NCBI GenBank assembly: GCA_046538485.1
Contig: JBKHIT010000008.1
Span: 35,549 to 99,548 of the forward strand
Source: Candidatus Brocadiia bacterium
Lineage (GTDB): Bacteria > Planctomycetota > Brocadiia > SM23-32
Direction of reading: 5' to 3'
Length of the DNA: 64,000 nucleotides
The notes under the pieces are model-generated. The model saw nothing but the letters and a program-made list of their open reading frames with translations. It ran no database searches and was not told the DNA's origin. Shown here in pieces: positions 48,244-57,400 of this stretch. Both the position numbers and the translations under genes were made by a program. Position 1 is the first letter of the stretch, and each line of letters starts with the position of its first letter.

Positions 48244-48261
48244 AATGCCGACAGTTATTCC

Positions 48262-49296
48262 TCACAGCTTCGGGGGTCCCGTTTCTTCTGCTTCGCGTAG
48301 CTCTTCAACTTTTTGAAGACTGTTCAGAATTTCGCCAATCAGCTGCTTTAACCCATCACCACGTGTTGCGCTGACCGGGATCACTTCGCAGTCGAGTTCT
48401 TCGCGGAGTCGTTCGACCCCTTGGTTGGCTCCGGGCAAGTCAATTTTGTTGGCGGCAACGATCTCCGGCGTTTTGGCAAGTTTTTCGCTGTACAGTTTCA
48501 GTTCATCGCGTATTGAATGGTAATTTTCCACCGGGTCCGATTCATCCAGCGGCACGATGTCAACAAGATGCACCAGGATTCTTGTTCTTTCGATGTGCTT
48601 CAAAAATTCATCTCCAAGACCACGTCCGTTGTGCGCTCCCTGGATAAGTCCCGGCAGGTCGGCCACAGTGAAACGCCTGTAAGCTTCCGTATCGACGATC
48701 CCCAGCTGAGGTTCGAGCGTCGTGAATGGATATGAAGCGATTCGCGGATGGGCGGCGCTGATTCGGGAAAGCAAAGTGGATTTGCCGGCATTTGGTTTTC
48801 CGACCAGTCCGACATCGGCGATGAGTTTTAACTCCAGGCGCAGATTTCGTTCTTCGCCTTCTGTGCCTTCTTCATATTCCGTCGGAGCCTGATTTGTGGA
48901 AGTAGCAAAATGGACATTTCCTCGTCCGCCCTGCCCCCCTTCGGCGACCACCACGCTCTGGCCCTCTTCGGTCAGGTCTTTGAGCACGAGATCAGTATCG
49001 ATGTCCCGAATGACTGTTCCGACGGGTACTTCGATGACCACATCTTCGCCGTCGGCTCCATCTCGTTTCTTCGTTTTACCGTCCTCGCCATCTCCGGCTA
49101 AGTACTGTTTACGCGAGACCAGATCGAGGAGAGTTCCCATGTTTTCATTCGCTTTAATGATAATATCCCCGCCCTCCCCTCCATCCCCTCCGCTGGGGCC
49201 TCCTTTAGGCACATATTTTTCTCGCCGGAAACTCGCCCGCCCGTCCCCGCCGTCACCGGCTTTCACATAGATCTCAGCTTCATCGACAAAATGCAC
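48262..49296 (-). CDS. obg: GTPase Obg/CgtA
   Basis: ORF track, 344 aa. MHFVDEAEIYVKAGDGGDGRASFRREKYVPKGGPSGGDGGEGGDIII is the Obg fold. The G domain has GKPNAGKSTLL and DLPG. Confidence 0.93.
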   Translation of the reverse strand: MHFVDEAEIYVKAGDGGDGRASFRREKYVPKGGPSGGDGGEGGDIIIKANENMGTLLDLVSRKQYLAGDGEDGKTKKRDGADGEDVVIEVPVGTVIRDIDTDLVLKDLTEEGQSVVVAEGGQGGRGNVHFATSTNQAPTEYEEGTEGEERNLRLELKLIADVGLVGKPNAGKSTLLSRISAAHPRIASYPFTTLEPQLGIVDTEAYRRFTVADLPGLIQGAHNGRGLGDEFLKHIERTRILVHLVDIVPLDESDPVENYHSIRDELKLYSEKLAKTPEIVAANKIDLPGANQGVERLREELDCEVIPVSATRGDGLKQLIGEILNSLQKVEELREAEETGPPKL

Positions 49297-49384
49297 TCGT
49301 TGGGATCTCCGTAAAGATCAACAAAACGGGCCGCCGAGCAAAATGGCTCCAGCGGCCCTTAATCCAGCTTTTCCGGCTATATAC

Positions 49385-49627
49385 TTATTCCGGTATGACA
49401 TTAACGCGGCGTTGGGTTCCAAATTCCACAATACCGTCGCTTTTGGCAAAAAGGGTATAATCTCTACCGCAGCCCACATTTCGTCCGGGATGGAATTTGG
49501 TCCCGCATTGTCGAACGATAATCGCACCTGCTTTGACCTGTTCTCCGCCATATGCCTTGATTCCACGGTACTGCGGGTTGCTATCGTGAACGTTTTGTGT
49601 GGAGCCCTGTCCTTTTTTGTGAGCCAT
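49385..49627 (-). CDS. rpmA: 50S ribosomal protein L27
   Basis: ORF track, 80 aa: [52 protein letters not shown]... Confidence 0.93.
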   Translation of the reverse strand: MAHKKGQGSTQNVHDSNPQYRGIKAYGGEQVKAGAIIVRQCGTKFHPGRNVGCGRDYTLFAKSDGIVEFGTQRRVNVIPE

Positions 49628-49639
49628 TTTTTATCTCCT

Positions 49640-49954
49640 TTATTCGGGATGAATCTCGCGTATTTTTACTCTGGTATAATCCTGCCGATGGCCAATTTTG
49701 GTCTGATGGGGTCCCTTGTAACGCGCCGTGTAAACTTTTGGACCTCGCTCATGACGAAGGACTTCTACAAGAACACGAGCGCCTGCAACCTGCGGTCGAC
49801 CGATTCTTGGTTTACAATCTTCCTGATCGCCGATCATCAGAACCCGTTCGAATTCGGTCAGTTCACCAGCAGGCACTTCCATCCGATCGACCAAAATTTC
49901 GTCGTCGATTTCCACCTTAAATTGCTGTCCGCTATGATCTAGAATTGCGTACAT
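49640..49954 (-). CDS. rplU: 50S ribosomal protein L21
   Basis: Track ORF 49640..50029, trimmed to ATG 49954 (MYAILDHSGQQFKVEIDDEILVDRM...). It lies immediately upstream of rpmA, the conserved arrangement. Confidence 0.9.
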   Translation of the reverse strand: MYAILDHSGQQFKVEIDDEILVDRMEVPAGELTEFERVLMIGDQEDCKPRIGRPQVAGARVLVEVLRHERGPKVYTARYKGPHQTKIGHRQDYTRVKIREIHPE

Positions 49955-50095
49955 AGGCCGTAAACGCCTTTCTCGGGGAATACTCAGGAAAAATATATAA
50001 TAGCAAATTCGCTTGACCGCTGCAAGCAAAGGAAGTTAGTGTTTGTGGAAAACGACAGCATTCCTGTGCGAAAGACGGAAGCAAAAGGATTTCCG

Positions 50096-52369
50096 ATGGA
50101 AGAACTGGCCAAAATTCGTTGCAACAATACCTCAAATCGCAATCTGACTGGATATGGCGTCACCTATGGCGTCCCACTTCCTCAGGGACGCCTTCAGGAA
50201 CCCCAAAACGCTGCCCTCGCCATAAAACTCCCCGAGGGCTCCATTGCTCCAATTCAGTGGAAAATCGCCGAGAAATGGCCTGACGGGTCGGTCAGGTGGA
50301 TCGTGCTCGACTTTGAGATGGATCTGCCGGCCAACAAACAATCCAGTTTTGCCCTGGTGGCCGACGCCGAAACTCCCGACTATCCCAAACTGGAGATACA
50401 CGAAAATAATGCCAGTATCTCCGTCGCCAACAAACACCTGCGGGTTGAGGTTGAACGGAACTCTTTCTCCCTCTTCGAATCACTGTCGGTCAATGGGCAG
50501 GAATTGATTCAGCAGGGGGCCGATATCATCGTGGTCAACCCAAAAGGCAAACGCTATTACGCCAGTTTTACGCAAAATCTGGATGTCTCCATAGTCGAAC
50601 AAGGACCCGAACGGGTCGTTATTGAAAGCTCTGGGCGCCATACTGCCAGCGATGGCGATCAGCTGCTTTCTTTTCGTCTTCGCTACACCATAAGGCCCCA
50701 TGACCCGTGCATTCGCCTCTCCTATAAGATGGCCAATGAAGAAGAACCGGAGATGGGCGTTCACCTTGGCCGAATTTTCATGGAAATTCCTACGACACTC
50801 GGCCCCCGTCCAACACGATACGTCCGCCAAAAACACCACACCGAACTCTGGTTCACCCGGCCGGTCGAAATTCAGGAGAACGTTGAACTACAGGCCGGGA
50901 GTTTCATAAGCGAAATGGCCGAATCAGTCTATGGAAAAGCGCATTCGGGCAAGGTGGTCATACGCAACCTCCATAATTTTCGCGAAGACCTCAGCGATTA
51001 TCCCCACTACCTGCGGCCTGGAAACGCCCGTTCCGATATGAGCGGCGGTTTGCGCGCGGCATATCCTTTCCTGGCAACGGTTTCAGAAAATGGTTCTTTC
51101 ATCGGCTGGTTTTCCGAAATGGAGGCAAACCATCCCAAAGGGGTCGCTTCGGAACGCAATAAGATTCGTTTCGACATCTGGCCGCAATGGGCTGACAACC
51201 TCCGCCTCAACAGAGGGATGTCCAAAGAGCATGATATCTTCCTCTCGTTCGATGACCGGCGCCTATCCTTCGAAGATCTTGAATCTCGCTATTTCGATCA
51301 CGAAGTGATGGGATTCGGCATCTTTGCCGAAGGAGCCCCCCCGGTGAATTTCTCCATCGATCCCGAATACGCCCGTGAGTGTGAAGTTTTCGATATTCAT
51401 CGCTGGTTGCCTTACGACGAAGACCGGTACCTGAAAATCGAGACCAAAATGGGTACCATCGGCTCAAAAGGCGGCAAAATGTCACGTGGGATGCTCGATT
51501 ATGGCGACGGCATCATTCGGGACTGCAGCGCGAATAATGAAAACGATAGGATTCTTGACCGGTTCCGGGAATACTACCGCCGCGGCAAAGCGGAGTTCCG
51601 CCGGGAAGCTCTGATCTCTGCCCGTCACAACGCACATGTCGATTTGATTTCTTATGATCCGGATGAGCTCCGACAGGGCACGATGGCTGCACATTGTCCC
51701 AACCATAGCGACGGGGCGTGTTACCCCTCTCACATGTGGGTTGGCGGACTGCTGGCGGCGTTCTGCACCACCGGTGAGCCGGATTTCGAAGAAGCCGCCA
51801 TCTCCGTCGGCGAAAACATGCTCCGCTGGCAGGAAAAATGTCCTGAAGTCTTTTACTGCGACAGTCGGGAGGCCGGTTGGCCGATGCTGGCCTGGGTACA
51901 GCTCTGGCATCATAACCACGAACAGCGCTGGCTGGATGCCGCGGACCGTGTCTTCCAGTTCTACGCTGAGAAAGTGGATGAAGAGGGGAAAATAGTCTAT
52001 GAAATTCCGCACAAACTCGGGACTTTCCTGCAGGGTTACGGAGAGTTTATCGCGTGGCGGGGTTGTTTCCACTATTACGAAGCGAGCGGAAAAGAAGAGG
52101 TGAAAGATTTCCTCGTCGATGTCCTGAGTAAAGAAAATATCTACAAAATCACTCCGGCCAGAGTTGAAAAAGGTGGTTGGGCCTGCAATGACCTGTTCCC
52201 GGCCTGGGCTGTCTGGCAGCTGACCGGAGATGATAAGTTTCTCAAAGACAATTTCCCCTTCCTGGAATACATGATGGACAGAGAAGGAACTTTCCCATGG
52301 ACCGGCGTCGATGTCATGTATTACCTGAATGCCCTTCACGAACGCGGGGAACTCGAAGAATTCTGCTGA
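50096..52369 (+). CDS. Large hypothetical protein (757 aa), possibly a glycan-active enzyme with an alpha/alpha-toroid-like C-terminal half
   Basis: Track ORF 50039..52369, trimmed to ATG 50096 (AAAAGGA upstream). No motif assigned with confidence. The N-terminal beta-rich part (WPDGSVRWIVLDFEM) and C-terminal segments (HMWVGGLLAAFCTTGEPDFEEAA, GWPMLAWVQLW) recall glycoside hydrolase or lyase toroids. The product call is a guess. Confidence 0.6.
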   Translation: MEELAKIRCNNTSNRNLTGYGVTYGVPLPQGRLQEPQNAALAIKLPEGSIAPIQWKIAEKWPDGSVRWIVLDFEMDLPANKQSSFALVADAETPDYPKLEIHENNASISVANKHLRVEVERNSFSLFESLSVNGQELIQQGADIIVVNPKGKRYYASFTQNLDVSIVEQGPERVVIESSGRHTASDGDQLLSFRLRYTIRPHDPCIRLSYKMANEEEPEMGVHLGRIFMEIPTTLGPRPTRYVRQKHHTELWFTRPVEIQENVELQAGSFISEMAESVYGKAHSGKVVIRNLHNFREDLSDYPHYLRPGNARSDMSGGLRAAYPFLATVSENGSFIGWFSEMEANHPKGVASERNKIRFDIWPQWADNLRLNRGMSKEHDIFLSFDDRRLSFEDLESRYFDHEVMGFGIFAEGAPPVNFSIDPEYARECEVFDIHRWLPYDEDRYLKIETKMGTIGSKGGKMSRGMLDYGDGIIRDCSANNENDRILDRFREYYRRGKAEFRREALISARHNAHVDLISYDPDELRQGTMAAHCPNHSDGACYPSHMWVGGLLAAFCTTGEPDFEEAAISVGENMLRWQEKCPEVFYCDSREAGWPMLAWVQLWHHNHEQRWLDAADRVFQFYAEKVDEEGKIVYEIPHKLGTFLQGYGEFIAWRGCFHYYEASGKEEVKDFLVDVLSKENIYKITPARVEKGGWACNDLFPAWAVWQLTGDDKFLKDNFPFLEYMMDREGTFPWTGVDVMYYLNALHERGELEEFC

Positions 52370-52554
52370 GCGGCATTCTCAGAAAGAGCCTGAGGAGCAC
52401 CGCTGGATTGCCTCTGAGTTCTCTTAGCCCGGCAAGAAACAATGGACGCAAAGGATTCTTGGAGACGCTAAGCGGTCCTGTATAAGTAACTTAAGGATTT
52501 GATAGTAGCCATAAGATGCTTTTTCTTGCGGCCTGAAAGGCCGATTCATCGTAG

Positions 52555-52756
52555 CCCAGGCTGAAGTGGTCTGAAGTATGCGTTTAACGTTTCCCGCAGT
52601 GCCGCTGAAGAGGTCATTGCGAGGATGCCGGAGGCATCCGCGGCAATCTCGCTGTTGGCTGGGGAAACGACGAGATTGCTTCGTCGCTGTCGCTCCTCGC
52701 AATGACGGCCTGTGTACGTTAAACGCATATGGTCTGAAAGACCACTCAGGTCTGGG
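52555..52756. repeat. Nested long palindrome (three concentric inverted repeats)
   Basis: Outer arms are 52555-52590 / 52716-52756. Middle arms are GTCATTGCGAGGA 52613-52625 / TCCTCGCAATGAC 52694-52706. Inner arms are GCAATCTCG 52643-52651 / CGAGATTGC 52671-52679. A further 10-bp inverted repeat is CTAAGCGGTC 52468-52477 / GACCGCTTAG 52856-52865. Confidence 0.8.
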
Positions 52757-53013
52757 TTATGGAGAAGCACAACATGTTGCGGGCTGAAGGCCCGCCTCAA
52801 TTTGCTGTTGTTTGGAAAGCGCGTTTCTTTATCAAACCTCAGGATAGTTGTCGCAGACCGCTTAGACTCGCCCGGGTCTTTCGACCCGGTTCATAGCGGG
52901 GATCGGGTGTGTCACATGCGCCTTTCGGAGGATACTGAGAAGGACAGTTCAGACGGCGTATAGAAACGCCGGTAGAGTTCCCGTAGTTCGTTTTGCAGGA
53001 GATTTCATCACAA

Positions 53014-54150
53014 ATGACGGAAAAGAATGCTGATTTGCCTGATCCACGAAAAGTGGCGCAGCAAGAGGCAGAACAAATCAAGAACGATTACGAATTCATT
53101 TTTGAAAAGAGTCTGAAACGGGCCATTGCCGACCGTCCATCGCTCGACCGAGAGCGTTTGTTCCGGGAACTGGTGGAGTTTCATCGGGAACGGATGAACA
53201 AAATCCCGCCCCGAGCGAAATACCCCGAGGCGGCTCCGTGGGTCGGGTACGTCATTGAACGTGACCGCGAGTTGCAGCGAATCTCGGGACTTTCCGACCG
53301 GGAAATGGCCCAGCTGCGGAGTCTCAATGACTACCTCCGGTTCAGGGGTTGGGGCAATCTTTGCCCTGTCAGCTCTGAAAAATGCCGGGTCGTTTATCTG
53401 CCCGACTCGGATCGGGGGGAATTTCATATAAAGAATGTCGATGACCCCCTCACGAACTGGGAACCGTCAGACGAGCCGCCCCCCTCACCCCGTTTTCCGG
53501 AACTCATGATGGATGGGGTGGGCGCGGGGCTTCATCTGGATGACGAGCCAGAGCAGATTTTTCCGCTTCCGATCCGGCAGATGTGCTCAAAACTCGCCGA
53601 AAATCTGCCGTCGGCCCTTGAGTTTCTACAACGATACTCACCGTTCTGGGGCGCGCAAAATCTGCTGCTGCACGACCGCCAGAAATGCAGCATCGCCATC
53701 GAAAAGACAAGCTATAATTTCATGGACGTTTATGAACCCGGCACATCCGGTGAGAGCCATATCAGCGGGATGGTCTGCCGGGAACCCAAAACCGAGCAAG
53801 GACGATACGTCGAACGAAAACGCAAAGAGTTCACCGAACGGATCGGACAGGATGAAGAGGGGCCCTGCGGAAAATTCTGGCAGGCGTGCGACCGCGCGGA
53901 ACAAATGCTGGCGGAATTGCTGTCGAAGGTAGATGTCACCATCGATGAAATACTGGAGCTTTTCACCACGACCTGGCCGGAAGGACTCAACAAAGCCGGC
54001 GCGGTTTTTCATCCGGATCAGCCCTACGCCTCATGGACACTGGTCACACACGCCCGGTTGCCGGATCAAGGAATGGTTTTACGCTGGCAGCGCAGCGCCG
54101 ATGGCGCGTATCCCGATAAACCGCAAGTGTTTGAATACCCGATGGGATAA
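53014..54150 (+). CDS. Hypothetical protein (378 aa); weak resemblance to Ntn-hydrolase / peptidase C45-type acyltransferases
   Basis: Track ORF 52993..54150 (TTG start), trimmed to ATG 53014. The only hint is ..EKCRVVYLPDSDRGEFHIKNVDDP.. (Cys followed by a beta-strand and an N-x-D block). Not verifiable here. Confidence 0.55.
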   Translation: MTEKNADLPDPRKVAQQEAEQIKNDYEFIFEKSLKRAIADRPSLDRERLFRELVEFHRERMNKIPPRAKYPEAAPWVGYVIERDRELQRISGLSDREMAQLRSLNDYLRFRGWGNLCPVSSEKCRVVYLPDSDRGEFHIKNVDDPLTNWEPSDEPPPSPRFPELMMDGVGAGLHLDDEPEQIFPLPIRQMCSKLAENLPSALEFLQRYSPFWGAQNLLLHDRQKCSIAIEKTSYNFMDVYEPGTSGESHISGMVCREPKTEQGRYVERKRKEFTERIGQDEEGPCGKFWQACDRAEQMLAELLSKVDVTIDEILELFTTTWPEGLNKAGAVFHPDQPYASWTLVTHARLPDQGMVLRWQRSADGAYPDKPQVFEYPMG

Positions 54151-54492
54151 CGGGTTTTTCTGCGGTTTGGACACAAAACAGACTACCGCACCCTGCAGTG
54201 GAAACCGACACTTTTCAGCCATTCCTTCTCACGGCCCGGCATCCGTTTCCCAATTTCAGACCCAGCTTACACGTATCCGAGATGCCCCTACATGTAGGGC
54301 GTGATCGCCGGGCGCGCCCTGCCGTATTGCCCCGAAACAAAAGACGGCGAACAACAAACGGCAGTTCCGCCTCAGTCCCCCCTACCGCGGAGACCTGCAG
54401 CTTTCTGATAATTCTCCTTTCCGGTCTGTCCCCCGTCCATTGGAACGGAAGACGGTCTTCGCACGCAGCGGCCGGTTTGCGGACGCGTTGTT

Positions 54493-57400
54493 TTACGGCT
54501 GAACTTCGATCTCCACGGGCTGGGTCGCATCGCGGACCTCCGGCTCGTAGTACTGATAGACTTCCGTCGGAGGCGTCTTGGCCTTAACGGGGTATTTGGC
54601 CCGCAGGTGATACGTGAACCGTACGGGTTCGTTGCCGACAATGCTCTCGAAATACAGGATCACCTGTCGACCGGTCAGGGAATATCGCTGAATCAAGCCC
54701 TGCTCTTTCAGGCGGTCAAAATCCTCCGTCATGACCTGAAAGCCCGGCGGAATGCCCAGATCAACAATTGTCATGCGGGCCACACCGCTCCGGTTGTAGC
54801 GGATCGTCGCCTCGCACGCTAATTTGTCGTCCGGACGCAACTTCGTGGTATCGTACGCTACATCGATGCTCATGGTCTTCTGGGTGGTCGGGGTTTTTCT
54901 CTCCCAGGGGAGGTAATGGGTGGCGACGATCTGGTAGGCAAAATTCGCTTCCCCGGCCGGTTCCAGAGATATCCGGTTGGGTCCGGGTTTCTGGTGTTCG
55001 CGCAGGCTGATCAGCCGGAAAACATCGCTGGTCTCCGGCGTGATGGTCAGTTCTCTGGCGAATTTTCCGTTGACCGAGATCGTGATCGGGAGGTCTTGTT
55101 TCAGTTCGGTTGCGGGCCCGGTGCCAGCAAGGAGGGCGCGCATCGCGTGTACAGTAGCCTGGGTGGAATGCCACGTGCCGGCTGAATCTTTCTCCTCGAT
55201 GAGCCAGGCCAGAGCTCTGTGCGCCGTGCCGAGATGAGATTGAGCTTTCAACATCGCGTATGCGGCCAGGGCCGTGGTTTCAATGTTCAGGACATTGCCC
55301 CGGGAGTGGGTCACACCCTCCGATTTGGAACTCCAGTGCGCAAGGTCTCCGTCCTCCTTTTTCGTGGCGTCAAGCATCTTAATTAAATCCCCGGCGCCGG
55401 ATCGCTCGCCCGCGACGAGCGCATTGGCGCAGACGGCAAGCGTGTAAGCGTCTTCGTCGCTCGATACGTTCTGTTCGACGTAGTCGAGGGCACGTGAAAG
55501 GTTGGAGTCTACGTTTCCCGACTCCGCCAGAGCCCATGCGATGTAGGCGGTTGTTCGGAGGACGGCGCCCTGGTAGGCGTTGATGGCACCTTCCTGGATG
55601 CCCCCCTGGGTCGGTTCCCATGAGCCATTGCGTTTTTGCTGCGAGAACAACCACCGGCGCGTTCGCTGTATGACGGCGGGATCGACCTCATAAACTTTCG
55701 CCATGTCGTTGAATTCCATCAGACCGTACGCTGTCAGAACGCTGTGGGCGGGCGCGTTTCCGAACCATTCGAATCCGCCCCCGCTGACTTCGTAGGAGAG
55801 CAGACGCTGGTAACCGAGGTTGATGTAATTGAGCGCTTTCATCTCGATTTCGGGCCTGGATTGATCCGTGCGGCGCATGTAGTCGAGCGCCAGAATGTTG
55901 GGGTATGTCACTGAAGACGTCTGTTCGAAACAGCCAAACGGTTTGCGGAAGATGCTGTCCAGTCCTTCCATCACCTGGCTGAAGGCGCCGGGATAGATTT
56001 TCACCAGCAGGTCGGAGGCGCCATCGATGGCCCGATCGGGAATCACGACCGTGCGGTTCAGTTTGCCGGTGAGGCGCCCGTTATCCGTCTGGACGATCTC
56101 TTTGCCGTCGGGTCGGACGCGGACCTTACGCCGGATCGCGTCGGCCATCTCGGATCCGAAAGCGCGAACGGTGAGGGTGTGGCGGCCGGGTTTGAGCGCG
56201 CGCAGTTTCATCGGGATACTCGTAACTTCCCGGGGACCGATTTCGAGCCGGCGTTCGGTCTCCCCGAGCATCTCGCACCAATCCGCATCGTCGACTTCCA
56301 GCCGGATCAGCTGGGTTTCGTCGAGATAGTTGTAGAGGGCGATCGGGACGCTGATTTCGTCGTGTTGGGTGAGGGCGACCGGGAAATCAATATCCACAAA
56401 GAAATCCTGAAACACCCGCAGCCCGAAGGTCTCCGCGCCCAATCTTCCCTGTCTCGAGACCGCGCTCATACTGATCCGCCAGGTGGTGATGGAATCGGCG
56501 AGCGGGACTTCCAGTTGAGCCCGGCCGGCCTCATCGGTAATAAGTTCCGGTTTCCAGAGAAGTGTTTCCGGGAAATAGTGTCGGACGCGGCTGGGGGCTT
56601 TCAAACTTTCATCTGCAGCCTTTTTGCGCCCCTTTGCGGCTCCGCGAACAGGGCTTCCATCAAGCGCTTCAGTCATCTCCGCAAACTTCTGGCGTGCGGC
56701 CATCCGGGCGGGAGACAGTGCCGGGAGGAGCAACCCGGCGAAGACGAGGAGCGCGAGAACGGGCAAGGCACCGCTGCGAACGGCTATCCAGACCGCGCGT
56801 TTTGTTGAAAGTTTCTGGCAGACAGAGTGTCCCGCAATTGACAGCGCGGGCAGCGCCGCAAACCAGAGACCGATCATAATCCCCGCTTCCAGCACAATTG
56901 TTTCTTCCGCCAGGCCCAACTCAGCTTCGGCGATTGCAAGGGTTAGGATCGATACGCTGGCTGCAATATAGGCGAAAGGCAAAAGCGTGGCGAATTTACG
57001 GAAAAGCGGCAGGTTGCTGACTCCGGGGCCCTTCCGGAATTTGAAAACCTTGGCTATGAGGGCTATCAACATGCCGATCCAGGCAATCACCCCAAAACTA
57101 CCGCTAAAAAGTTCGCCGTGGTAGCGCGCAAAAGCATTCTCGATAATTAGTTCATCAATAAGCAATCCCACGATGAGTGCTGTGACGGGAATAACCAGTG
57201 CCAACAACCAGCTTGCTGTCAGCCACCAGCATGCCCGTCGGAGTCGGTTCATCTCTTTTGCATTTAGCTCCGGCACCGGACGTCGTCTGAACAGTTTGTA
57301 AAGGCCGTAACCGACCATGGGCAGCACAAACAAGACATACAGTGCAAACGGGACCTGTGCGGCCAGTTTCAGGACAGCCCTGCGGTAGTTCACTTTCACT

